NCBI GenBank assembly: GCA_048013815.1
Contig: CM106586.1
Location: 12,028,001-12,092,000, forward strand
Source of the DNA: Setoptus koraiensis
Lineage: Eukaryota; Animalia; Arthropoda
DNA length: 64,000 nt
Direction of reading: 5' to 3'
A model generated the notes under the pieces. That model ran no database searches, had not been told where the DNA came from, and saw only the letters and a list, made by a program, of their open reading frames with translations. Every line of letters starts with the position of its first letter. Position 1 is the stretch's first letter. Shown in pieces: positions 34,113 through 45,094 of this stretch. A program made the translations under genes and the position numbers.

Positions 34113-34257
34113 TCTTTTTTTCTCGTAAGTACTTTGATCAAACACATTGATGCTCACGATATTCTACATAAGTTTAGATAACTAATCACTTAATTTATCC
34201 GTCACATTGTTACTATATTGGCCTATCCACATAATACACCGGCTCTACTCATATTAG
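34113..34257 (+). promoter_or_regulatory. TCT/TOP-like pyrimidine start and 5'UTR intron of RPL6
   Basis: TCTTTTTTTCTC (34113-34124) followed directly by GTAAGT. Branch-like AACTAAT, then acceptor ATATTAG at 34257, 27 nt before the ATG. Typical ribosomal-protein gene layout. Confidence 0.7.
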
Positions 34258-34284
34258 GATTACATCCCTAGCTATAATTTAACA

Positions 34285-35256
34285 ATGGCCAGCAAGACCA
34301 CTGAAGTTGCAAAGAAGGCTCCGGGAGCTAAACCCAAACTGGCACCTAAACCAGCTAAGGTCACCAAAGCTGTCAAGGCCACAAAGCAAAAACAGGCCGG
34401 TAAGAGCAGCGTCACCAGAGCACTTAAATTAGCTCGCAAGGCCAAACGTGACGCATTCGCGGCCTACAAGGCAGGTACAGTTAAGAAACCCAAAGTAGCA
34501 CGCCAGAAGATCGTACCGGCTTCCATTAAAAAATTGATAGTACACAAGCGCACCAAGCCATTGTATGTCAAAATCAAGAATATTGCCCGCAAGAGGGGGG
34601 TACAACCTCAAGATGTGCTAGTTCAAAAGCCCAAGCATGTTGTCAAAGAGATCGGAGGCGCCGCTAACGGTGGCAAGCGAGAGGTTGAGGTTAAACGTAA
34701 ACCCAAATTCTATCCCACTGAGACTCGGCCTAAGAAGAGCAAAACTGGAAGAGTCACATTCAAATCTCACCCAAGGAGATTCAAGAAAGGGCTTGAACCT
34801 GGCAGAGTGCTCATAATCTTAGCTGGTAAACATCGTGGCAAGAGAGTAGTTCTTCTGAAGACATTACCCTCTGGTTTATTATTGGTTAATGGTCCGTTCA
34901 AGATCAATGGATGTCCTTTGAGAAGGATGCACCAGCAATTTGTGATTGTCACTCGTACCAAGATTCCCTTCGATGGCGTGAAAGTACCCGGTCATATAAA
35001 CGACAAGTATTTCAAAGCCAAAAAGGCGGCTGCTGTCAAGGGTAAAAAGAACAAGCAAGGTGGCAACATCTTTGCCAAGAAGAAGACAACAACCTACAAG
35101 CCCAACAGACAAAGATCTGAAGACCAGATTACATTGGACAAGGCTGTCATAAATGCTATCAAAACAAAGATGGGCGACAAGAAGACAATTTTCTCCTATC
35201 TTGGCTCCTTCTTCTACCTTAGAAATCATATGTACCCGCATAAATTGAAATTCTGA
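34285..35256 (+). CDS. RPL6: 60S ribosomal protein L6 (eL6), 323 aa, with a Lys/Ala-rich N-terminus
   Basis: KPKFYPTE; PGRVLIILAGKHRGKRVVLLK; LLLVNGPFKINGCPLRR; C-terminal YPHKLKF. Confidence 0.97.
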   Translation: MASKTTEVAKKAPGAKPKLAPKPAKVTKAVKATKQKQAGKSSVTRALKLARKAKRDAFAAYKAGTVKKPKVARQKIVPASIKKLIVHKRTKPLYVKIKNIARKRGVQPQDVLVQKPKHVVKEIGGAANGGKREVEVKRKPKFYPTETRPKKSKTGRVTFKSHPRRFKKGLEPGRVLIILAGKHRGKRVVLLKTLPSGLLLVNGPFKINGCPLRRMHQQFVIVTRTKIPFDGVKVPGHINDKYFKAKKAAAVKGKKNKQGGNIFAKKKTTTYKPNRQRSEDQITLDKAVINAIKTKMGDKKTIFSYLGSFFYLRNHMYPHKLKF

Positions 35257-35533
35257 GTACGTCTATGTGAATAAAAACTAAATTTCACGATATTTACTCA
35301 GAGCTGATTAGTGTCCTTGATAATGTGTCAGTTGACTGAGCTTATCTAAGTTTTCAGACCCACGCCTCGAAGCTAAACATTTTTCAACTCCTTTCCGAAT
35401 ATGATCCATCTCTTTTGAGCTTGCGAAATAGTACCTATCTAGAGGTATGTTGTTTAGAGCTTTGAAAGAACCCATTTAAAAAACTTGTTTTAAACCAGTA
35501 TCAATCGTCGATTGGCGTATAAACTTACTCGAG

Positions 35534-38500
35534 ATGGGACTAGACACGTTGTTATTGCAGATTGTTATATTAATTGCTACAAATTACGCTGAATCATCCA
35601 AAATATTTGACCACGCGAATCTACAAGATGCAAACCAAGATGGTTGCGTCATGGGATTCGAAGTTTGCGGTGAGATTGATGGGCCGACTGGTACTCCAAT
35701 TCCAATTCCCTGCACCTACGAAGGACCTCCACAGCAAGTGGTTGATAAAACTATCTTGAAGCAGTTGGACATTTTGTGCCCATCATTAGATGTATTGAAT
35801 AATGACAAACTGTGCTGTAATGTTAAACAAATAAGCGATTTTATAGATGGTATGGCTCAAGCGAAAGACATGCTTGGTTCATGTCCCTCGTGTTTGATCA
35901 ACTTTTCCTCTCTGTTTTGTTTGTTAGCTTGTAGCCCGAAGCAATCCAGCTTTGTCAAAATACTAGAAAAGAGTCCGTATGCAGGCACTCCAGACGCTGA
36001 CCCCGACCCTAAAGGAAAGTTTGTTGTAGATAAAATACAATTGGATATAAGCGAGAAATTCGTGGTAGGATTGTTTGATTCTTGTAAGAACGTAAACTAT
36101 CCTCAATCTCAAGTTCCTGCGTTGAGTTTGATGTGCGGAGACGACTGTCATCCTCATGAACTTGTTGAACATCTGGGCACAAAAGGTATGTCTCCTTTTG
36201 ATATAGAATACAAATATCATGGTGATGAGAGTAACCTTTCTGAAGAAAACGATATTTTGTCTGTTGAGCCAATCAATTGCAACCAAAGTGTCGCAAGTGT
36301 GTATCCCCGATTCCAATCGATCTATCCGTCACAGTGTAGTGCTGTGGATTGTCCGGTTGGTGAATTGAAACCGTTTCCTGAGGAATCTCAATCATGTATT
36401 ATATTAGGTGTGGATTGGATCTATTTAACAATGAGTTTGGCCAGTATAATAATTGTGGTCGCTATTATAACATTATACATTTACTCGGCAAATTTCAAGA
36501 GTGGAGTGACTATCAAAAACCAAACTGGCAACAATGCAGAGCTTGATGATACACCATCGTCAACGATGGCTGATGAAACAAAACTTTCTGAATCAATTCT
36601 ACAACGAGGCTTCACCCAGTTGGCCTTCCTGTGTGCCAGTAATCCCGTTTCAACTATTTTAATCGCCTCAGTTATGATAATTGTGTTTTCTAGTGGTCTG
36701 TTTAAACTACATATAGTAACAGATCCGGTCAGTTTGTGGTCAACGCCAGAAAGTACAGTGTTCAAGGAGAAGATGTACTACGACGAGACATTTGGTCCAT
36801 TTTTTCGCGTGGAACAAGTGATAATATATCCGGCTAACGACATGATTGGCAAATCTATACCATTCAATAGCAGCACACTTGGCGAGCTAGTTTTTAGTCC
36901 GGTATTTGGTCGGGAATTTTTGACATCGGTGCATCAATTCCAGGAATCTCTTGTGAATTTGGTGGCCAAAGTGGACGACGAACAAAGCGTAAGATTGGCA
37001 GATATTTGTGTGCAGCCGTTGAAGAATGACATCTGCTCTATACAATCGCCTTTGGGATGGTTCCAAGATGATGTGAAAAATTTGGATCTAATTCACATGG
37101 ATTCATCGAATAACACACAATATTTGCAACACTTTCTCGAATGTTTCAACAATCCCTACAATCCAAAAGACGCCAACTATGACAATTTGTCCTGTCTGGG
37201 CTCGTATAAGGGACCCATATTTCCGCATGTGGCACTTGCTGGCTATCCGGCAAGCAATCACTTTTGGGAGGCCTCTGCTTTGGTTATAACAATTCCCGTG
37301 AAGAATAACATTAATGGCGAACTGAACGCAAAATCTCGCGCTTGGGAAAAGGAATACCTGAGTTTTGTATCTCAATACAATGATACCAATTTGCGTTTGG
37401 CCTACTATAGCGAGCGAAGTATTGAGGACGAAATAGAGCGACAAAGTCAATCGGATTTGTCCACCATTGCACTGTCATATTTTGTGATGTTCGCCTATGT
37501 GGCCCTGACATTGGGCAACGCACCTATGAAATGTGACCGAGACACAGCTCGATCGTGTCTCATTGAATCGCGGATAGTTCTTGGTCTGGCGGGCGTTCTC
37601 ATAGTGCTGGCTAGTGTTCTGAGCTCGATAGGTATATTGAGTTGGCTGAATGTGAAAGCTACACTGATTATCATGGAAGTTGTACCATTTTTAGTGCTGG
37701 CAATCGGTGTGGACAATGTATTTATAATAGTTCAGTCGTTGCAACGATCCAATTGGCAACAGTTGTCCTCAGTGAACCACGAAACGAACAGAGACAATTT
37801 AGTTGAGCAGCACATCGCCCTGATAATGGGCAGGGTGGCCCCGTCGATATTGATGGCCTCACTGTCGGAATCTGCCTGCTTTCTCATAGGCACCATGACC
37901 CCAATGCCGGCGGTGCGAATATTTGCCCTTACGGCCACACTGGCCCTGATTATTGACTTTATCCTCCAGGTAACTGTATTTGTGGCCCTACTAAAACTGG
38001 ACTGCAGCCGTCAACTGGCCGGCAGATACGATTTGTTTTGTTGTATGAAATCAGCAGACTATGTGGACGAGAGACGGCACGATTCGGCCCCCGCCAGAGT
38101 GGTCGATTTGGTCATTGGTGGTCATCAGCAGCAACAACAACAACACCACCACCAACAGCAGCCACTCGGCGCCCATCAGGACGACAACAATGATTTGCTG
38201 TATAAGTTGTTCAGGGATTACGTAGTGAAATTTCTGATGCAACCAGTGGTGAGATTGGTGGCAATGTTGGTGTTTGTGGCGTGGTCGTGTTCCTCGTTGG
38301 CGCTAATACACAAAATTGACGTGGGCCTCGATCAGAAGATGTCTGTGCCAATGGACTCGTACGTATTGGATTATTTTGAGGCGCAACAAAACGATTTGCG
38401 CGTCGGACCGCCCGTGTTTTTTGTCCTGAAGCGAGGCCTGAATTACAGCCAATACGACGAAACAAATTTTGTGTGCTCCTCAGCAGGTTGTTATTCGTCA

Positions 38501-39595
38501 TCGTTGCTGGCACAAATATCGCAAGCCAGCAAGCAGCCACAACTGAGCTATATCGCCAAACCGGCCACTTCATGGTACGACGATTATCTGGCTTGGGCCT
38601 CTAGCGAACAATGTTGCAAAGTTTACAAGGATCCGCCTGAGGATAGATTTTGTCCCGCGAGCGAGCCCCAAAGCGCTGATTTGTGCACAAAATGTGATCT
38701 AGTTGAGGATTCGGGCCGCTTCAAGCCGGACAAATTCTACATGTTTCTGGAGGACTTCCTGCAGGATGTGCCCAGCAGTAAGTGTGCTCGCGGCGGAGCG
38801 GCCTCATATTCAAATGCGTTGAACATAACTAAGACAACAGGCGACGATGAAGTCGGGATTGACGCCGTCTATTCGTCGTATCACACGCCATTGAGCGATT
38901 CGCACGACTTCATTCAGGCGATGAAAGCGGCCCGATTTGTTGCGGACAACATCCAAGAGATGCTAAACGGAAACCTGAGACAAAAGGGCGGCCCCAAATT
39001 GCAAGTGTTTCCCTACTCGTTCTTTTACGTTTTCTACGAACAGTATCTCACTATTTGGAATTTAACCTTGCGCAATTTGGCCCTGTCGTTGGGCGTTATA
39101 TTTCTGGTCACGTACGTGTTGCTCGGATGCGATTTGTTTATATCGTCGTCAATAGTAATCTCGATAATGTTCATCATAATCAACATGATGGGCCTAATGT
39201 TCTGGTGGAACATCCAACTGAACGCCGTATCGTTGGTCAATCTCATAATGTGCATCGGTATATCTGTTGAGTTTTGTTCGCACATAGCGAGAGCGTTTGC
39301 AATAAGCGAAAAAAGTTTGCCCGTTGACAGGGCCCACGAGTCGCTGGTCAGCATGGGCAGTTCAGTTTTGTCTGGCATAACACTGACCAAAATAGCGGGC
39401 ATAAGCGTATTGGCCATGGCCAAGTCCAACATGTTTCGAGTTTACTACTTCCGCATGTACATGGGCATAGTGTTTGTTGGGGCCACGCACGGGATAATCT
39501 TCATGCCGATCGCGATGAGTCTGTTGGCGAGAAAGCGGCCCCAAGCGACGGGCTACTCTATGCGCGCCACGGAGGCCCGCGCAGCGCGCCACTGA
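35534..39595 (+). CDS. NPC1: Niemann-Pick C1 sterol transporter, 1353 aa, intronless
   Basis: Signal peptide; Cys-rich NTD (CPSCLINFSSLFCLLACSPKQSSF); TDPVSLWS; FGPFFRVEQVII; sterol-sensing domain (EVVPFLVLAIGVDNVF, MPAVRIFAL); GPPVFFV; NAVSLVNLIMCIGISVEFCSHI; GSSVLSGITLTK. Confidence 0.98.
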   Translation: MGLDTLLLQIVILIATNYAESSKIFDHANLQDANQDGCVMGFEVCGEIDGPTGTPIPIPCTYEGPPQQVVDKTILKQLDILCPSLDVLNNDKLCCNVKQISDFIDGMAQAKDMLGSCPSCLINFSSLFCLLACSPKQSSFVKILEKSPYAGTPDADPDPKGKFVVDKIQLDISEKFVVGLFDSCKNVNYPQSQVPALSLMCGDDCHPHELVEHLGTKGMSPFDIEYKYHGDESNLSEENDILSVEPINCNQSVASVYPRFQSIYPSQCSAVDCPVGELKPFPEESQSCIILGVDWIYLTMSLASIIIVVAIITLYIYSANFKSGVTIKNQTGNNAELDDTPSSTMADETKLSESILQRGFTQLAFLCASNPVSTILIASVMIIVFSSGLFKLHIVTDPVSLWSTPESTVFKEKMYYDETFGPFFRVEQVIIYPANDMIGKSIPFNSSTLGELVFSPVFGREFLTSVHQFQESLVNLVAKVDDEQSVRLADICVQPLKNDICSIQSPLGWFQDDVKNLDLIHMDSSNNTQYLQHFLECFNNPYNPKDANYDNLSCLGSYKGPIFPHVALAGYPASNHFWEASALVITIPVKNNINGELNAKSRAWEKEYLSFVSQYNDTNLRLAYYSERSIEDEIERQSQSDLSTIALSYFVMFAYVALTLGNAPMKCDRDTARSCLIESRIVLGLAGVLIVLASVLSSIGILSWLNVKATLIIMEVVPFLVLAIGVDNVFIIVQSLQRSNWQQLSSVNHETNRDNLVEQHIALIMGRVAPSILMASLSESACFLIGTMTPMPAVRIFALTATLALIIDFILQVTVFVALLKLDCSRQLAGRYDLFCCMKSADYVDERRHDSAPARVVDLVIGGHQQQQQQHHHQQQPLGAHQDDNNDLLYKLFRDYVVKFLMQPVVRLVAMLVFVAWSCSSLALIHKIDVGLDQKMSVPMDSYVLDYFEAQQNDLRVGPPVFFVLKRGLNYSQYDETNFVCSSAGCYSSSLLAQISQASKQPQLSYIAKPATSWYDDYLAWASSEQCCKVYKDPPEDRFCPASEPQSADLCTKCDLVEDSGRFKPDKFYMFLEDFLQDVPSSKCARGGAASYSNALNITKTTGDDEVGIDAVYSSYHTPLSDSHDFIQAMKAARFVADNIQEMLNGNLRQKGGPKLQVFPYSFFYVFYEQYLTIWNLTLRNLALSLGVIFLVTYVLLGCDLFISSSIVISIMFIIINMMGLMFWWNIQLNAVSLVNLIMCIGISVEFCSHIARAFAISEKSLPVDRAHESLVSMGSSVLSGITLTKIAGISVLAMAKSNMFRVYYFRMYMGIVFVGATHGIIFMPIAMSLLARKRPQATGYSMRATEARAARH

Positions 39596-39927
39596 CCAAA
39601 TTATCCGCATAAAACCAAATATAAATATCAGATCAACACCATCGAATCGAATCAAATACAAATATCTCGACTACAAATCAATCGGTCAGAGGAGCAGCAC
39701 GAGAGGGCCGATTGCGAAAACAGTGCTAACATTTTATTGGCGATATTCGAGCATTATTTACATATAACTGTGCTGTTGTTTTGTGTGATACAAATTCAAA
39801 AGAAAACAACAAACAAAAACATTCCGTGCCAGCGTCACGCTAACGTGACAGCGCCAGTCCCATGTGATAGATTATATTGTTCATTTTGCAATTTGTAGGC
39901 ACCTTTCCTTTCACAGCTATCACACCA

Positions 39928-40006
39928 TTAACGGTAGTAAGATTGGCCTCCATGAGAAGAGTACGATTGTTGCTGGTAGTAGACTGGTTGAGTTTGTTTC
40001 AGGATT
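39928..40006 (-). CDS. Probable exon 2 of a small secreted peptide ((P)ILKQTQPVYYQQQSYSSHGGQSYYR*)
   Basis: Acceptor CAAACAG at 40008-40007 is phase-compatible with exon 1. An alternative acceptor at 40087-40086 would end the protein PFI*. Confidence 0.45.
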
Positions 40007-40158
40007 CTGTTTGTTTGTATTGTTTTATAATGTTGGGGGATTCGAAGCAACAGTGTGAAATGAAAGAAGGAGATATCAGATGAATCTGTTGTATTGGGTG
40101 ATCGTATTTGCAAAACAAAAAAAGAAATCAAATATCTAAAATCGATGTCAAAACTTAC

Positions 40159-40352
40159 GGTATGGGCAACGGAATTGGAAACGGAAGTACTATTTTCTTG
40201 CCGCCGTGAAGCAGTAGAGCGGCCATGAGTGCCTTCTTTTTGAGCGCCTTCTTCCAGCCGGCCTCTACGCCTGTTTGTTTGTATGACATTAGGGTGGCCA
40301 TGACAATCAATGTCACAAGAGCTAGAGCTGATGCAGTTCTGATGATCTTCAT
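40159..40352 (-). CDS. Exon 1 of a small secreted peptide (signal peptide + KKALKKKALMAALLLHGGKKIVLPFPIPLPIP)
   Basis: ATG in a caaaATG context; signal-peptide-like N-terminus. The apparent stop overlaps a perfect donor CC|GTAAGT at 40159/40158. Confidence 0.65.
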
Positions 40353-40814
40353 TTTGATGCTGGTTGTTGTGCGTTGCTGTTGCTTGCTTTATTTGGAGTG
40401 ATACGCTGATGAATACTAATAAGCTGGTTGGTTGGTTTGTTGACTTTGAATTTTCTTGCTTGCTTGCTTGCTTTATTTATTATTATTCTTATCAACTCGC
40501 GAGTGAGTGCTTGTCGCTCAAGGTTCACCTGACAAATGCAGATAAACCCTTTACTGTCCCGCTTGTTTATACTCGTTTTGCGGACAAAACCAGCCAGCGA
40601 GCTTGCCAACCAGCACTACACACTGCTCACCTGTGTGGTGCTGGTCAGCGGGCAAATTGTGTCCGGCGGAGGGCGTCAATAACAAGAGCGCAATAGCAAA
40701 CGGTAGTGGTAGCTAGTCCAGTTTTTGTGTGCCTACTGGCCAGAGCTACACACACACGCACACACACACACACGCTGATACAGCTTGTGAAAGTTGTGCA
40801 AATCGACCAAGAAT

Positions 40815-40897
40815 ACAGCAACGGCAACAACGACAACGGCAACAACGACAACGGCAACAACGACACCGACAACGACAACAGCAAAAGCGACAACAAG
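40815..40897 (+). repeat. Imperfect (CAA/CGA/CGG)n trinucleotide tract
   Basis: acagcaacggcaacaacgacaacggc... read directly. Confidence 0.8.
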
Positions 40898-41320
40898 TTG
40901 CGTCAAGCACATCCTTCTCATTATACAATTACGCGTCGGCCAGACAGATCGGCCGTTATTATGATTGTTACCGCAAGCTAGCCAAGACGAGTTGAGTCGA
41001 CCAATCAACATCACCAAATCATCATTATTGCTTGTGTTTGTGTGTTGCCATGTTGGCCTTGCCACAATCAGCTGTTGGTCGCCGGTTGGCGGCGAGTTGT
41101 GGTTTCAATTGAGCTGGCCAATTGTGTCTGTGGCCAGCGATGGCGAGTGTCAGTTTGTTTATTTGTTGTTGTTGTTGTTTACTGGTCTCACGATGCTAAC
41201 GATAGTTTGTTTGTTTGCGCGCGCGACAGCCAGCAACAAACATCGGACATGACACATCAGCTGATTGGCGGAAGCGCACAACAGAAATGGCGCCAGTTTT
41301 TTAAGTGAAACAACATTGTG

Positions 41321-41392
41321 CAACAACAGCAACAGCAACAACAGCAACAACAGCAACAGCAACAACAACAGCAACAGCAACAACAGCAACAA
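41321..41392 (+). repeat. (CAA/CAG)n trinucleotide tract
   Basis: About 24 triplets. Source of the spurious poly-L, poly-C and poly-N ORFs in the track. Confidence 0.9.
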
Positions 41393-42729
41393 CGGCGACG
41401 GAAACACAAGTGTGCGTACCCAATGGGTAACACAAACATATATTATGTAATATGTAACATATATTATGTATCGGAATGAAGGGGGCGAGCGCGACTGTTT
41501 CCGATTATCAATTTGATCTTCATCATGACCTGCGCGCATTATCATAACTAACATTGGTCATCAATCTTGGCACCGCTATTTGCGATGCGTCGTGGCGGCG
41601 GTTGTTGGTGTTGTTGTCGTTGTTGGTGTTGTTGCCGTTGTTGTCGTTGTTGTCGTTGTTGCCGTTGTTGTTGCGGCGGTCGGCTCGCTTTCGAAGGCAG
41701 GTCAGGCGAACAAACAAGCGATCATGACCAGTTTCGCTTCTTCACGCCGTGCTCGATGTGTGCGTTCGAAGCGGATCGATACGGTTCTTTTCTGAGCCGT
41801 TCCCATTCGCAACACATTGCTATCAGTGTTGTTTGGCTACCGGCGTTGCATTGCTATTAGCCGAATAGCAAACCGAATAGTATTCGGTTTGCGCTGCCAA
41901 TTGGCGCAACACGAACCGATCAAACACCCCAACAATCTCTCCGGCGAGCTAGCTGTTCGGAGAGCCATTTGTTTGTCTTGTCACATAGCGAGGGCCATAA
42001 ATCACCTTTTATCGCAGGCATGCGCCCAGATAAAGGCAACAGGCGGCAGCTGCGAGCGGCAACCTGTTGCAACCATTACACAATTAGACAATCACAGCTG
42101 AACAATGTGGCACACTCATTGATCATCGTGAGCAAACAAACAACATTGTTTACATTCATGTGCCACTTGTTTGTCTGCCCGTTACTCCGCCCGTCGCCCG
42201 TTAACTGCCCGTTGCCCGTTGTCTGCCCGTCGCCCGTTTGTCGTGGCAAGCTGGGCCGGGCCGGCCGGGTATGTGTCATATGCGCTCACGTCCGCGACAC
42301 ATCGATCAATTGGCTCGCATCGTGGTCACGCCGTCATGATGACGGGGCTCGCATGCTCGCGTGATCAGCGCGCTCGTCATCGTCGCGGTGGTCGGGCCTT
42401 GCAGCGAGACACGATTAATACCGGCCTAATATCCGCGAAATATCAACCGCTATTAGTGTGATTACCATCATTGCCGGCCTAATGGCGGCACCGTTGGCCT
42501 AACAGGCCGGCCGTTGGCTGGCCAGTGGCCAGTGGTTGTTGTCTAGACACGGTTAGCGATGGACGTGAGGCTGCTACAAGTTGCGTTTCCTTCATTTACA
42601 CAAACACACACAGTGAATTTGAAGTCGCTCATTTAAATTCAATTTGTTGTTTGGTCGATGGCGTCACCTCGCTAATCGTCGTTTATCGGTCGCTTTTATT
42701 TTGTCTTGGTTCGTTTGTTGTTGATAAAC

Positions 42730-42776
42730 GCCGTTTATGCCGTTTATGCCGTTTATGCCGTTTATGCCGTTTATGC
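42730..42776 (+). repeat. 9-bp minisatellite (GCCGTTTAT)x5
   Basis: Five perfect units. Confidence 0.9.
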
Positions 42777-44139
42777 GGGCCCTCGATAACTGTCTCGATT
42801 ATACGATTACAACAGGTACCTGTTACAGAACGGTTACATAACGGTTATATTGTGCACGATATGTGTGGTTTGTAGTGAGCCTCGGGCGCCAATAATCGGC
42901 GCCATCAAATCGGCTGTTCAAAAGTGTGACAAGCCAACATTTGACTTGACGCAACTTGACCAGTTGCGCACTGCATGCAACTGGCGCTCGGCCGAGGTGA
43001 GACTGAACAAGATCAACCACTGACTGCATCATCATATCACATGATGCAATCACATTCAGTGGCGCCTCAACCGATGATAGGCGATGCACTGACTAACTGA
43101 TCGCTAATTAGGCGGCTGATGGTCGACGGGCCAATTAGTTGGCTGGTGGCAGCGGCCATCAATTGGCAGCTCGCAGTTGGCACGCTCGATTCGCATTCAA
43201 TTGGCTTCTCGCAATTTGTCAGGTGAGATTGTCAGGTGAACTTAGCAAATTGGCGCGCACGCCAACCGAGCGGACAATTGAGCCAACGCTGGCCAGACGG
43301 ACGGCCGGACAAGCAGCCGGACAAGCGGCCAGCCGGACAGGCAGACAGAGCTGCCGGCGAGACGGCAACAAATGTCTGGACGGTGCGCAGATTGTTCCGA
43401 TTGTGGCGCTGTCGGCGCTGACGGTGGTGGTCAGCATCAGTCGCCGGTCGTTGGTCGCCGGCCGGAAGCCGCACAACTGTGCCGGCGATGGTGCCGGTGA
43501 ACTTGAGCGGCGCCGGCCCGGCATCAGCACTGTTGGGCATTCTGTTCGCCTGTTGGCTGTGTTGCCAATGTTGCGCCATTTGAGCATAATTCGAGTTGCT
43601 CGACCGGCGATTGGCAACTCAAACTATCAAACTGCGAATTGTTGCCGTGAGTCACCCACAGCGAGTGTGTGTGTGTGTGGGCACATTTTGGCCAGCATGC
43701 AATCAGTTGATGTCAGTGTTGGCCTGTTGGCCGGTTGTTGGGCGCCGCAACAACAACAACAAACGCAACAATCAGTGCCAACCGACGACAACAAACTGTA
43801 ACTAATTGTTGCCTGGTGCACTGCCGAGACCCGACGCCGGAAGTGGAGCCGCATCCCCGTGTGAGAGCTGCATGTGAGCCGCATGTGTCAGATACATTGT
43901 ATCTGATGCGAGCGTCAGTGTGAGGCGGATGCAGTGGCGAGGGCCCACTCAAGGCTGTTGGCAGCGTCGGTGGTTGGTGGTGCCACCAAGCTCGGCCAGA
44001 TGATGGCCAGACGAGACGAGAAAGTGATTCCGTTATTTGTTATTTGCATCGCGCGCACATCGTTTGTTTGTACAAGCGACCGTTGGCGTTGGCGACCGCA
44101 ACACCGGCAACACAATGCGAACATCCCATGTGAACAACA

Positions 44140-44257
44140 TCATCATCACCATCAGCAACAACGACAACAACGCCAACAACAGCAACGACAACAGCATCAG
44201 CAACGACAACAACATCAGCAACGACAACAACATCAGCAACGACAGCAACGACAACGG
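44140..44257 (+). repeat. Imperfect (CAA/CAG/CGA/CAT)n tract with an 18-bp higher-order period
   Basis: caacgacaacaacatcag repeated. Confidence 0.8.
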
Positions 44258-44426
44258 TAGCAGTGGGCATAATGCGGCCACTTGTGGCTTATTCAGCTCG
44301 TAGCCAAGTGCTCTTATTAAGCTGTGAACGAAGAGAGAACGACGGCGACCAATAGGACGACGACGAATAAGTTAGTGAGTGGCCGCTATTAATCAACGTT
44401 TCCGTTAGCTGATGCCGGCCACTGCA

Positions 44427-44468
44427 ATTACGTAATGTGTGTGTGTATACACACACACATTACGTAAT
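44427..44468. repeat. Perfect 42-bp palindrome
   Basis: attacgtaat-gtgtgtgtgt-at-acacacacac-attacgtaat equals its own reverse complement. Confidence 0.9.
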
Positions 44469-45059
44469 GCATTACAAACAGCAAACAAGCAACTGTTACA
44501 GTGCAACAGGTGAGTGTTTGTTGTTGTCGACAGGATGCGTCTGGCAACTTGTGAGCCACAAGTGAGCGCATCAAGGTGAATCCTGTCTGTCGGGCCAACA
44601 ACATATGCAGCCTGTTAATCACACAGGCTGTGTGAATACAGTTGATACAGGCGAGCACAAGCGACTGCCAGTGTACAAGTCATATTTACAAGTGTCACTG
44701 ACTGAAAATAAAGTGGCTAATAAAATTGAATAATGATGCGATGAGAAAGTGGACCCACTTGACGGCTTCCTCGTCCCGCAAGCCCGACTGTGTGCCCGGT
44801 TGTACTTGTGCCAGTCCTGTCCTGTCCACTGTTGCCAGCAGCGAGTTGGCCAGCCACACTTGGGTGCAACACGACAGGGGCCACATCAACGAGAGCAGTT
44901 GGCATTGGCACGGTCGTGATTAGCAGCGGTCAATTGGCGTTTCGTGAGAACAACGCGGCAGCAACAACAACAACAACAACAACAAACAATGGCTAATCTG
45001 CTCATTGGCCGCTGTGTCGCCCTTGTTCGGCCGGCTGCCCCGGCGAGTCGGCCCACTGA

Positions 45060-45094
45060 CACCTGTGCACCTGTACACCTGTACACCTGTGCAC
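45060..45094 (+). repeat. 8-bp tandem (CACCTGTR)x4 containing E-boxes
   Basis: cacctgtg cacctgta cacctgta cacctgtg cac. Confidence 0.85.

Noticed and set aside
29299-39661. Antisense ORFs over eIF3c, NPC1, ACSL, nwk and other CDSs
   Set aside because: These are shadow frames of real coding sequence.
4015-39735. Recurrent GCTAACATT motif (about 4017, 32208, 39725)
   Set aside because: Too few copies, with inconsistent positions relative to genes.
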